This document shows positions 37,244 to 46,451 of a stretch of DNA of 64,000 nucleotides, piece after piece. The notes beneath the pieces were generated by a model that searched no databases, had not been told where the DNA came from, and was given only the letters and a program-made list of their open reading frames with translations. The translations under genes were made by a program, and so were the position numbers. This stretch comes from Smithellaceae bacterium (GTDB lineage Bacteria; Desulfobacterota; Syntrophia; Syntrophales; Smithellaceae). Where the stretch lies: the NCBI GenBank assembly GCA_963667845.2, contig CAXXVL010000001.1, forward strand, positions 579,761 to 643,760, in the 5' to 3' direction. Numbering within the stretch: position 1 is the first letter of the stretch; each line of letters opens with the position of its first letter.

Positions 37244-39423
37244 CGCCCAACATCTCCAATGCCATGATCCGCAGCATCATGATCGCCATGGACGTCATGT
37301 TTCGGGCGACAGGAACGGATGTCCGCCTGCACGGACTGGAAAACGTACCGGATCAACCGGTCCTGTATGTGGTGAACCACTTTACGCGCATCGAAACCTT
37401 CATCATGCCGTACATCATCAAGAAGCATTTCAAAAAATATCCCATTTCGCTCGCGGATGCGTCCTTCTTTACGGGAAGAGTGGGCGAATTCATGAACCGG
37501 GCGGGCGGCATCTCCACGGCCGATCCCAACCGGGATGCCATTTTAATCAATGCTCTGCTTACCGACAGCCATCCGGTCATCATTTTTCCCGAAGGCCAGA
37601 TGATCAAGGACAAGAAGATCATCGAAAAGGGCAAATATCTGATTAACACCGCCACGGGCCGCCGTCCGCCGCATACGGGCGCGGGGCGAATCGCGCTTCG
37701 CTCGCAGTTTATCCGTGAAGAGCTGCGCCTCCTGCACGCGCAAAAGGAGCACGTCTCCATCGGCCTCATTGCCGATCATTTTGGATTTGATCCGGCGCAC
37801 GTGGAGAAGATCCTCGCAAAGGAAACGTTTATCGTTCCGGTCAATATCACGTATTATCCCGTGCGCGCCCGGGATAACGCCATCAGCCGGCTGGTCAACC
37901 GCTTTGTAGACCACGTCTCCGAAAGGATGGAGGAGGAGATGGAGGTCGAAGGATCGATGCTCATGGACGGCGTGGATATCGATATCAGCCTGGGCAGACC
38001 GATTGCCGTGAAAAAGTACCTGGAAGAAGGTGAGGGCATTCGGGAGATGCTGACCGATACCGGGCTCTACCTGAACCCCGGGGAGCTCAAGTTTGCCGCG
38101 CCCTTCATGAAGATTTACGTGCAGATGATGTATGAATACATGCACGCGATCTACGAGATGACGACGGTCAACCACGATCATCTGGCGTCCTACATTATTA
38201 CGAAATACCTGAAGACGAGCTTTTCGGAAAGCGATCTCAAAAACCGTATTTATCTGGCCATTGAACACCTGATGCAGACGGGCATTTCCCGCTACCACCA
38301 GACGCTTGCCGCCGATCAGATCAACCTGCTCAGCGACGATCTTCATGAAAAGTATGAGGACTTCATGAACGATGTCATCGCCGAAAACCTCGTATCGCGC
38401 CAGGACGGCATGATCACCAAAAACCAGGAACGGTTTCACAGAACCTATGCGTTTCAAACGATCCGCAGGGATAACATCGTCGAAGTCCTGACGAATGAAA
38501 TTGAACCCCTGAAACGCCTGACGCAGGGCCTCGATCATCTGATGCGGGAGCCTTCGGTATTCATCAAACAGAAGATCAGAAACCAGTTTCTGATGCAGGA
38601 CCGGCAGATTTTCAACGAGGATTATTCGCAGCACTACGTCGCCGGTGTGACAAAGCCCCGGGGGATCGGCGAGCCTTTTCTGAGGCGTCTTCTTCTGCGC
38701 AACCGGGGCGTGATCCTCGTGCACGGTTACCTGGCCGCGCCCGAGGAGATTGAGCCGCTGGCGGATTTTCTGTACAAGAACGGTTACAGTGTATACGGCG
38801 CGCGCCTTCGAGGACACGGCACGGCGCCGGAGGATCTCGCGCTGTGGGACTGGCATGCCTGGTATGCCTCCGTCAACCGGGCCTATATCATCATGAAGAA
38901 TACCGTGAAGGCTTTCGCCGTCGTCGGTTTCTCCACAGGCGCGGGGCTCGCGCTGCTGCAGGCGGCCAACAAGCCCGGGCGGATTGAGGGCGTGATATCG
39001 ATTAACGGCCCGGCGCGGCTTCAAAATTCCCAGGCCAAGTATTCTCCGCTGGTCGTTGCGTGGAACAGAGTCCTGTCGCTTCTGGGCGTTACGCGGGGCA
39101 AAAAAGAATTTGTGGCCAATGCCCCGGAAAACCCGGAAATCAATTACGACCGCAACCCCATCCGCGGTGTCTATGAACTGGAGCGGTTGATGAAATACGT
39201 CAAGACGAGGCTTCCGGACGTGACGTGCCCGGTCCTCGTGATCCAGGGATCGGATGATCCGGTCGTCAATCCGGAAAGCGGCATGGATATTTATATGCCG
39301 TTGGGGTCGGCCGATAAACAGCTCGTTCATATTTCCGCTGATCATCACGGCATTCTGCGCGGCAGCGAATCCGACGAGGTCAAAGAAAAAGTTCTGCTGT
39401 TCTTAAAAAGAATTTTCCAGTAG
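37216..39423 (+). CDS. Fusion: lysophospholipid acyltransferase (PlsC/LPLAT) domain + long linker + alpha/beta-hydrolase (lipase/esterase) domain
   Basis: 735 aa. N-terminal 'VVNHFTRIETF' (HX4D/E box) and 'IFPEG'. C-terminal 'VILVHGY', nucleophile elbow 'GFSTGAG', and 'GSDDPVV...DHHGIL'. Confidence 0.8.
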   Translation: MDTKKQTPLTPNISNAMIRSIMIAMDVMFRATGTDVRLHGLENVPDQPVLYVVNHFTRIETFIMPYIIKKHFKKYPISLADASFFTGRVGEFMNRAGGISTADPNRDAILINALLTDSHPVIIFPEGQMIKDKKIIEKGKYLINTATGRRPPHTGAGRIALRSQFIREELRLLHAQKEHVSIGLIADHFGFDPAHVEKILAKETFIVPVNITYYPVRARDNAISRLVNRFVDHVSERMEEEMEVEGSMLMDGVDIDISLGRPIAVKKYLEEGEGIREMLTDTGLYLNPGELKFAAPFMKIYVQMMYEYMHAIYEMTTVNHDHLASYIITKYLKTSFSESDLKNRIYLAIEHLMQTGISRYHQTLAADQINLLSDDLHEKYEDFMNDVIAENLVSRQDGMITKNQERFHRTYAFQTIRRDNIVEVLTNEIEPLKRLTQGLDHLMREPSVFIKQKIRNQFLMQDRQIFNEDYSQHYVAGVTKPRGIGEPFLRRLLLRNRGVILVHGYLAAPEEIEPLADFLYKNGYSVYGARLRGHGTAPEDLALWDWHAWYASVNRAYIIMKNTVKAFAVVGFSTGAGLALLQAANKPGRIEGVISINGPARLQNSQAKYSPLVVAWNRVLSLLGVTRGKKEFVANAPENPEINYDRNPIRGVYELERLMKYVKTRLPDVTCPVLVIQGSDDPVVNPESGMDIYMPLGSADKQLVHISADHHGILRGSESDEVKEKVLLFLKRIFQ

Positions 39424-39463
39424 TCCTCACCAGAGAAGTGAGTAAAAGGAGTCGCGCGTTACG

Positions 39464-41305
39464 ATGGAAGAAAATACGGCCTTGAAGGAAAAAGCGGCGT
39501 CCGCGCCCAGGAGCCCCGGCGTATACATCATGCACGATGCCGCCGGCAAAGTCATCTACGTGGGCAAGGCCAACGATTTGAAGAGCCGCATCAGTTCCTA
39601 TTTTACGGGCAAGGACACGCGGCCGATGGCGCCCTTTTTGATGGCGCGGGTGCGCGATATTGAATTCATCACCACCGCCACGGAAAAAGAAGCCCTGATT
39701 CTGGAAAACAATCTCATCAAGAAACACCGTCCGCGATACAATGTGATTTTGCGCGATGATAAGACCTACTATCACCTTTCGCTGGATCCCTCGGAGCCTT
39801 ATCCTCGGCTCACGCTTGTCCGCAAGCGGCTCAACAATGCAGCCCTCTATTTCGGCCCTTATCCGTCGGGGCTGGCCGCCAAGGAAACACTCCGGTTTGT
39901 CCAGCAGGTCTTTCCGCTTCGGACCTGCCGTAACCGTGATTTTCAACTGAGGCCCCGCCCCTGTCTGGAGTATCAGATCGGACGATGCCTGGCCCCCTGC
40001 AAAAACCTGATTGACGAAGCCGCTTACCGGAAGCTGGCCCAGAGCGCCGTGTCTTTTCTGCAGGGACGCCGACGGGAGCTGGTTTCCGATTTGAAAAGAC
40101 AGATGGAGGATGCGGCCCGGGACCTGAATTATGAAGAAGCGGCGCGTCTGCGCGACCGCATCGGCGCGCTCGAACACGCGCTGGAGCGGCAAAACGTGGA
40201 TTGGGGCGGCCTGGAGGACCAGGACGTCCTGGGCGTTTATACCGATCAGGATACCTATCAGCTCTGCATCCTGTTCGTGCGCGGCGGGAAACTTCTGGGC
40301 AGCAAATCCTTTACGCCCGTAAAGACAAAGGCGGACGCCGGTGAAGTGATTTCGTCGCTGCTCGGGCAATACTACGACGGTTCCAATCTGCCGGACGAGC
40401 TTATCCTTCCGTTACATCTTCCCGACGAAGACGTGATCGCCGAGTGGCTCACGGATCAAAAAGGGAAAAAAGTGCCGCTTACGGTGCCGCAGCGCGGAGC
40501 CAAAAAGGCGCTGGCCGACATGGCGGGCGCAAACGCCCGCGAGCTTTTTCTATCGGGGCAAAAGAAGGAAGAGCAGAGGGCTGCTGCTCTTGCAGTCCTT
40601 CAGGAAAAACTCTCGCTTTCCAAATTGCCCAGGCGAATCGAATGCTACGATATTTCCAACATCAGCGGCAAAGACGCTGTGGGATCGATGGTGGTCCTTC
40701 AGGACGGCGAACCGGATAAGTCGGGTTACCGGCGTTTCCGCATCCGGGGACTGGACGAGCCGGATGACTACGGCATGATGCGGGAAGTGTTGACGCGCAG
40801 GTTTTCGGGCACCCAACCGCTTCCGGATCTCGTCGTGGTTGACGGCGGCAAGGGACAGCTCAATGTCGCACTTTCCGTTTTGAACGACCTGAAGATAAAA
40901 CTGGACGTCGCGGGTCTCGCGAAAGAGGAGCGGGCAATTCCTACCGCAAAAGTCAGGCTCCGCGGAAAAGCGGCCAAAGCGGAGGACCGCGTCTATCTGC
41001 CCAGGCGCAAGGACGCCGTCTTTCTTTCTTCCAAGCCCGCCGCCCTCGCGCTTCTGCAGCGGGTCCGCGATGAGGCGCACCGCTTTGCGGTGAGCTACTA
41101 CCATCGGTTGAAGAACAAAAATGATTTCCGCTCCGTTTTGGATGCGATTCCCGATGTCGGCTCCGAACGCAAGAGAGAGCTGCTGAAATATTTCGGTTCC
41201 GTGAAGCAGGTCCGGCTCGCCTCACTGTCCGATTTGCAAAAGGTCCCGGGAATTGGTAAGGAGCTCGCGGAAAAAATTTATTCTCACCTGAGAAAAGAAG
41301 AGTGA
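39464..41305 (+). CDS. uvrC: Excinuclease ABC subunit C
   Basis: GIY-YIG N-terminus 'GVYIMHDAAGKVIYVGKANDLKSR', UVR domain 'YEEAARLRD', Endo V-like domain and C-terminal (HhH)2. Confidence 0.95.
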   Translation: MEENTALKEKAASAPRSPGVYIMHDAAGKVIYVGKANDLKSRISSYFTGKDTRPMAPFLMARVRDIEFITTATEKEALILENNLIKKHRPRYNVILRDDKTYYHLSLDPSEPYPRLTLVRKRLNNAALYFGPYPSGLAAKETLRFVQQVFPLRTCRNRDFQLRPRPCLEYQIGRCLAPCKNLIDEAAYRKLAQSAVSFLQGRRRELVSDLKRQMEDAARDLNYEEAARLRDRIGALEHALERQNVDWGGLEDQDVLGVYTDQDTYQLCILFVRGGKLLGSKSFTPVKTKADAGEVISSLLGQYYDGSNLPDELILPLHLPDEDVIAEWLTDQKGKKVPLTVPQRGAKKALADMAGANARELFLSGQKKEEQRAAALAVLQEKLSLSKLPRRIECYDISNISGKDAVGSMVVLQDGEPDKSGYRRFRIRGLDEPDDYGMMREVLTRRFSGTQPLPDLVVVDGGKGQLNVALSVLNDLKIKLDVAGLAKEERAIPTAKVRLRGKAAKAEDRVYLPRRKDAVFLSSKPAALALLQRVRDEAHRFAVSYYHRLKNKNDFRSVLDAIPDVGSERKRELLKYFGSVKQVRLASLSDLQKVPGIGKELAEKIYSHLRKEE

Positions 41306-41320
41306 GCGCGTTTATATCGT

Positions 41321-41875
41321 ATGAGTCTGGTAACCATATTTCTGCTGGCGATCGGTTTGGGGATCGATGCTTTTTCCGTGGCCATCGGCATCGGGGCCGC
41401 GAATCAAAAGAAATCGTGGACGCCTGTCCTGCGGCTTTCTCTTGCTTTCGGCGCTTTTCAGTTTGTGATGCCGCTTATCGGCTGGCTGGCCGGTTCGACC
41501 GTCGTTTCCCTGATCGGAAATTTTGATCACTGGATCGCATTTGCCCTCCTGGCTGTGGTCGGCGGGAAAATGATCTGGGAGGGATTCGAGAAGGAAAGTG
41601 GCGAGGAGAGGGCCGATCAGACGCGCGGCTGGCCGTTACTCCTCCTTTCCATTGCCACCAGTATCGACGCGCTGGCGGTCGGATTCAGTTTCTCGCTTTT
41701 AAAAACCCCCATCCTGTTTCCCGCGGTAATCATCGGGATTGTCTGCTTTGCAATGACGGCGGTCGGCATGATTTTCGGCAAGGGATTGGCCCGGATCTTC
41801 GGGAAGAAGGTGGAGATTGTGGGCGGTCTGGTCCTGATTGCCATCGGTGTGAAGATTCTGATAGAGCATATTTAG
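41321..41875 (+). CDS. mntP: Manganese efflux pump MntP (2x DUF204)
   Basis: 184 aa with 6 TM segments. Duplicated 'G(I/L)D(A)(F/L)(S/A)V(A/G)' motif ('GLGIDAFSVAIGIG' and 'SIDALAVGFSF'). Confidence 0.85.
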   Translation: MSLVTIFLLAIGLGIDAFSVAIGIGAANQKKSWTPVLRLSLAFGAFQFVMPLIGWLAGSTVVSLIGNFDHWIAFALLAVVGGKMIWEGFEKESGEERADQTRGWPLLLLSIATSIDALAVGFSFSLLKTPILFPAVIIGIVCFAMTAVGMIFGKGLARIFGKKVEIVGGLVLIAIGVKILIEHI

Positions 41876-42167
41876 ACGTGAGGTTCCATAAAAGATCTGC
41901 AGCCGTTTCTCCCGCCGATCTGCCGTTGCTAGTGTGATCGGTGACAAAACCAGGGATAAGCGTTTCCCAAAGAGACGATCATATACGGTTGTCCGGAAGG
42001 AGCCGCAAATCCCTTAAGGGGAGCGATTTTTGTACAAATCTTTAGGCTTGTATTCTGAAATATTTCGATAAACGCCAATGATATTAAGGTGGATCTCTTC
42101 ATTGGATTACCATTAATTAGCATTGCTTTTCTTATTCCTAATTACTATACTCCAACACACAGCAAAA

Positions 42168-42231
42168 CTTTAATCCCGCTCGGGCGGGACGAGAGTTAAT
42201 TCCCTGTCGCTTGCTGCGAGGTGGTTGATCC
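42168..42231 (+). repeat. REP/MITE-like element family 1, copy C (short form)
   Basis: 'ctttaatcccgctcgggcgggacgagagttaattccctgtcgcttgctgcgaggtggttgatcc'. Confidence 0.85.
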
Positions 42232-42282
42232 AAGCGTGCGGGGTGACGATTTCGCGTTCCGATGATTTAAGGAGGTTTTAAC

Positions 42283-43821
42283 ATGCGCATAAAAAAAATT
42301 CAGAAAATGATCTGCATGATCGTGCTGATAGCAGTGCTGATCCCAGGTATGGCGCTGGCACAGGACAGCGCCGGGAGTTATACGAGACAGACGTTCAGCC
42401 AGGAGGAGCTGGCCCAGATGATGGCGCCGGTCGCGCTTTATCCGGATGCCCTCTTGTCGCAGATTCTGATGGCCGCCACGTATCCGTTTGATGTGGTCGA
42501 AGCGGATCGCTGGATGACGAGAAATCCCTACGTGACGGGTGAAGCCCTGGATCAGGCGCTGCAGGCCAAGGACTGGGACGTCAGTATTCTGGCCCTGTGC
42601 CACTATCCGAAAGTACTGGCCATGATGAGCGAAAATCTGAGCTGGACGGCGAGACTCGGCGACGCGTTTACCAACCAGGAAGACGACGTTATGGATACGG
42701 TTCAGGAGCTGCGCACTCGGGCGCGCGAGGCGGGGAATCTTTCGACAACGCCGGAGCAGAGAGTGATTGTCGAGGACCGCTACATCAGCATTGAGCCGGC
42801 CAGTCCGGAATATGTATACGTTCCCGCATATGATCCGTATGTCGTATACGGGACGTGGTGGCTGCCGCTTTTCCCACCTTTGCCGATTATCCTGCCCGGA
42901 TTAATCGTAACGGGTCCCCGTATCATTTTTTCGCCGAGATACTATGTCGGATACGGTGTATTCGGCTGGAGCCGGTTTGACTGGCATCAGCGCCACCTCG
43001 TCATTGTGGATATCGACAGAACCAGACGGTATTACAGACACTATCGTGATTATGATTATCGCGGACCGGATCGTCGCTTCTGGCGGCCGGATCGCGAACG
43101 GCGTTACATCCGCGAAAGACGCGCGGGTGAAATCCCCGCGTATCGCCCGCCGGTTAAACCCGTGCCGCCCGGTCAGCGCTGGGACCGCGGCCCCGACAGA
43201 CGCGATAAGCCGGATATAAGAGACAGAGACAGAAGGCCGGGCAACGGCCCCCGGGTCATTGACCGGGACAGGCGTGAAATCGAGGGGCGGCCGAGCGGGC
43301 CGGGAATTGTGCCGCCGCGACGCGATGATAAAGATAAACGTCCGGATGCGGGCCCGCGGATCATTGATCGGGACAAGCGTGAAATCGAGGGACGGCCGAG
43401 CGGGCCGGGCCTTGGCCCGCAGCGCACTCCGGACAGAGACAGAGAACTGAATCAGGATCGCCGCGTTATTGATAAAGGGAAGCCCGTTGAGCAGCCGCGG
43501 ATTATCGACAACAGGCCGCAGCCGTCCGATGCGAGACCGGTTGACCGGGGGCAGCCCGTGATTCGGGATCGCGCTCCGGTGGGAGGAGCCGAACCGCGAA
43601 ATCGTTCCCCGCAGGTCGAACAAAGGGGCCCGGTGGGCGGCGGACAGGTTCGGGAACCCAGCGTGAAGAGCACTCCTCCTCCTCGCTATGAGCCCCGTGA
43701 GGAGAGGCAAGTGAGTCCGCCACCCCCGCAACGTTCCATGGAGCGTATGGACCGCGGGGATCGGCAGGAGGGCGGCATGAATCGGCCGGAGGGCGGTATG
43801 AATCGCGAAGGCCGAAGATAG
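42283..43821 (+). CDS. DUF3300-family secreted protein with long Arg/Asp/Pro-rich repetitive tail
   Basis: Signal peptide, then 'FSQEELAQMMAPVALYPDALLSQILMAATYPFDVVEADRW' (DUF3300 signature). The C-terminal ~270 aa are low-complexity RD/RP repeats. Confidence 0.75.
   Translation: MRIKKIQKMICMIVLIAVLIPGMALAQDSAGSYTRQTFSQEELAQMMAPVALYPDALLSQILMAATYPFDVVEADRWMTRNPYVTGEALDQALQAKDWDVSILALCHYPKVLAMMSENLSWTARLGDAFTNQEDDVMDTVQELRTRAREAGNLSTTPEQRVIVEDRYISIEPASPEYVYVPAYDPYVVYGTWWLPLFPPLPIILPGLIVTGPRIIFSPRYYVGYGVFGWSRFDWHQRHLVIVDIDRTRRYYRHYRDYDYRGPDRRFWRPDRERRYIRERRAGEIPAYRPPVKPVPPGQRWDRGPDRRDKPDIRDRDRRPGNGPRVIDRDRREIEGRPSGPGIVPPRRDDKDKRPDAGPRIIDRDKREIEGRPSGPGLGPQRTPDRDRELNQDRRVIDKGKPVEQPRIIDNRPQPSDARPVDRGQPVIRDRAPVGGAEPRNRSPQVEQRGPVGGGQVREPSVKSTPPPRYEPREERQVSPPPPQRSMERMDRGDRQEGGMNRPEGGMNREGRR
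43246..43410 (+). repeat. In-frame 105-bp tandem duplication inside the DUF3300 gene
   Basis: 'ggcccccgggtcattgaccgggacaggcgtgaaatcgaggggcggccgagcgggccggg' (43246-) recurs at 43351 as 'ggcccgcggatcattgatcgggacaagcgtgaaatcgagggacggccgagcgggccggg'. It encodes 'GPR(V/I)IDRD(R/K)REIEGRPSGPG'. Confidence 0.85.
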
Positions 43822-43845
43822 TTGCCATTTCGCGATAAATCTTAC

Positions 43846-43890
43846 GGGGGCGCTGCGGATGCAACGAAGCAGCGCCCCCGTTTTCTTTTC
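43846..43890 (+). terminator. Rho-independent terminator
   Basis: 11-bp GC stem 'gggggcgctgc'/'gcagcgccccc' with a 12-nt loop, followed by 'gttttcttttc'. Lies 25 nt after the DUF3300 stop. Confidence 0.75.
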
Positions 43891-44085
43891 ACTGTACGAC
43901 TACCGGTGAACGAATCCGCAAATCCGCTTTCTTTTTCCTTCTTTCTCTGCAATCCCTGAACAGCGAAATTTTCATGTCTGGCATACAACCGCTTTAAATA
44001 AACGGCGGTTTATGATATCTGCACAAAGTGATTCTTTCAACGCGCTAACAGAACTGACAGAACAAATTTTCGATTTGACACGACA

Positions 44086-46353
44086 ATGGATGCTTGTATG
44101 AATCAAGGCGTTTTCATTTCCCGCCCCTTACCGTCAAGACTTCTCGGGCTCCTTTCATGGGTCGTGCTGGGCTTCGCCCTGATGCCGGCGGCTTACGCCC
44201 AGCCCGAACCGATGACCGACGGCCGTCCCCGTATCGGCCTCGTGTTGAGCGGCGGGGGAGCGCGCGGGTTGGCTCACGTGGGTGTCATCCAGGTTCTGGA
44301 AGAAATGAAAATCCCGATTTCGTATATTGCCGGCACCAGCATGGGTGCAATCGTCGGCGGTCTTTATGCTTCCGGGATGTCGCCCGCTGAAATGGAGACG
44401 CTGGTCACGGGCATGGCGTGGAATGAAGCCTTCACGGATAAGCCGCCGCCCAGCGAACTGACCTTTCGCCGCAAGCGGGACGCCGCCGACTACCTGATCA
44501 ATTTTGATCTGGGCTATAAAGACGGCAAGTTTACGATTCCCAAGGGTCTCTTGCAGGGACAGAACCTGAATCTGATGCTGAAATCGTTTCTGCTGGGAAA
44601 GGAGGGGGTCGATGATTTCGACGCCCTCAACGTTCCCTTCCGGGCGATCGCGACGGACATCGAAACGGGTGATGCCGTCGTTCTGCAGAAAGGCGAACTG
44701 GTGAAGGCCATCCGCGCCAGCATGTCGATCCCCGGCGTTTTCGCGCCTGTCGAGATCGACGGCCGGATTCTCGTGGATGGCGGGGTGGCCAACAACGTTC
44801 CCATTAATATTGCCCGTCAGATGGGCGCGGACATCGTGATTGTCGTGGACATCGGCACCAGCCTGAGCACGCGCAAAGAATTGACGTCGTCCGTGGAAAT
44901 CACCTCTCAGCTTACTTCGATTATGATTCAGCGCAATTCCGCCCTGCAAATCTGTACACTCACCGACAAAGACATTCTGGTTCAGCCGGATCTGGGCGAC
45001 ATCACCACGGGCGATTTCATGCGCGCTGCGGAAGCCATTGCCAAAGGAAGGCAGAAAGCGGAAACGATGAAGACGCAGCTGGCGGCGCTCGCCGCATCGG
45101 ACGCGGAATTCCTGGCGTACCTTGCGCGTCAGAGGGATAAGAAAGAGGAACCGTCGAACATCGAATCCGTGGAAGTGGCCAACAAAACGTCGCTGCCCAC
45201 CGGCCTCATTGAAGCGCAGATCGACCTGAAGCCGGGCAGCAAGCTGAATCTCGCTGATCTGAAGAGGAACATTGACCGCATTTACGGCATCGATACGTTT
45301 GAAAACGTCGACTTCCGGATCAGAAAAAAAGATAAAAGCTCCGCTGTGATCATCGAACCGATTGAGAAATCGTGGGGTCCGAACTATTTCCGGTTTGGTC
45401 TGGGACTCGAAGATAACTTCAAGGGGATGAGCAGCTACGCGTTGACCGGACAGTTCACCAAAACGGCTATTAACAGCCGGGCTGCGGAATGGCGCACCGA
45501 AGTGCGCATCGGAGAAAAACCCCGCGTCTTCACCGAATTCTATCAGCCCATTGATTATGCGCTCTCCTATTTTGTTGCGGCCAGCGCCCAATACCAGGTG
45601 AAAAAACTCAGGGACTTTAATGAGGATGGCGATATTACCACGGAATACCGGGATACGGCCTTCGAGGGGAGCCTGGACATCGGCCGGCAGTTCGGCAACT
45701 GGGGCGAGCTCCGCGCGGGCATGCGCCGGAAGTATGGCGTCGTGAAAGTGCTGGTCGGCGACCATCACATCGACGAAGATCCCTACAACCGGGGGAGCGT
45801 ATTTCTCTCGGCCGCCTACAGCACGCTGGACAACTATGTTTTCCCGCTTGCGGGGACTGACGCCTCCATTACCTGGAATTACAACCTGAAAGTGCTGGGT
45901 TCGGATATCGATGAGCAGCAGCTGAGCTTCAAGGTGATGAAAGCCTTCACCTGGGGCAAGTATACGTTTATGCCGTCTATTGATATCCGCACAACACTGG
46001 ACAACGACGACCTGGCCGTCCAGGACACTTTCCCGTTGGGCGGCTTTCTGAATTTATCGGGTTTTTCCACGGACGAAATATTCGGCCGCCATACCGGTCT
46101 GGCCCGGCTGCTTGCTTACCGCGAGCTCGGCTCGACGGGGATGGGCGCGCTTAAGATGCCCCTGTACATCGGCATGTCGGCGGAAGCCGGAAACGTCTGG
46201 AATAAGCGCGCCGATATCAATTTTGAATCTTTGATCCTGGCGGGCAGCATTTTTCTGGGCACAAAGACTTACCTGGGACCCGTCTATCTCGCTTACGGCC
46301 AGGCCCAGCGCGGCCACTCTTCCATTTACCTTTACATCGGCCAGCGGTTTTAA
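44086..46353 (+). CDS. Patatin-like phospholipase fused to POTRA + Omp85 beta-barrel (PlpD-like, type Vd secretion architecture)
   Basis: Signal peptide. Patatin motifs 'LSGGGARG', 'GTSMGA' and 'VDGGVANNVP'. C-terminal ~330 aa are rich in beta-strand/aromatic alternation and end 'YLYIGQRF' (barrel terminal Phe). Confidence 0.85.
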   Translation: MDACMNQGVFISRPLPSRLLGLLSWVVLGFALMPAAYAQPEPMTDGRPRIGLVLSGGGARGLAHVGVIQVLEEMKIPISYIAGTSMGAIVGGLYASGMSPAEMETLVTGMAWNEAFTDKPPPSELTFRRKRDAADYLINFDLGYKDGKFTIPKGLLQGQNLNLMLKSFLLGKEGVDDFDALNVPFRAIATDIETGDAVVLQKGELVKAIRASMSIPGVFAPVEIDGRILVDGGVANNVPINIARQMGADIVIVVDIGTSLSTRKELTSSVEITSQLTSIMIQRNSALQICTLTDKDILVQPDLGDITTGDFMRAAEAIAKGRQKAETMKTQLAALAASDAEFLAYLARQRDKKEEPSNIESVEVANKTSLPTGLIEAQIDLKPGSKLNLADLKRNIDRIYGIDTFENVDFRIRKKDKSSAVIIEPIEKSWGPNYFRFGLGLEDNFKGMSSYALTGQFTKTAINSRAAEWRTEVRIGEKPRVFTEFYQPIDYALSYFVAASAQYQVKKLRDFNEDGDITTEYRDTAFEGSLDIGRQFGNWGELRAGMRRKYGVVKVLVGDHHIDEDPYNRGSVFLSAAYSTLDNYVFPLAGTDASITWNYNLKVLGSDIDEQQLSFKVMKAFTWGKYTFMPSIDIRTTLDNDDLAVQDTFPLGGFLNLSGFSTDEIFGRHTGLARLLAYRELGSTGMGALKMPLYIGMSAEAGNVWNKRADINFESLILAGSIFLGTKTYLGPVYLAYGQAQRGHSSIYLYIGQRF

Positions 46354-46408
46354 GCCCGCTTAAGCGGGCCGAACGTTAATTCTCCGTGGCTTGCTGTGCG
46401 GTGGTTCA
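46351..46408 (+). repeat. REP/MITE-like element family 1, copy D (short, diverged)
   Basis: 'taagcccgcttaagcgggccgaacgttaattctccgtggcttgctgtgcggtggttcat'. Starts at the stop codon of the patatin gene. Confidence 0.75.
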
Positions 46409-46451
46409 TAAAATTTCTCAGATAACGATTAATTGGATTTTGCCCGTGAAA

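Noticed and set aside
37543-39348. Very long antisense ORFs opposite real genes: 37543..39348 (601 aa), 44155..45768 (537 aa), 38..1330, 12860..14089, 23585..24793, 32548..33699 and 61425..62489.
   Set aside because: Each lies opposite a gene with strong family motifs. Their translations are Arg/Gly/Ala/Pro-rich and low-complexity with no motifs, as expected from stop-codon depletion on the antisense strand of GC-rich coding DNA.
41929-42123. 64-aa minus-strand ORF in the AT-rich spacer after mntP.
   Set aside because: It has no SD, no motif and an odd composition. It is most likely non-coding spacer, and I could not support any RNA gene there either.
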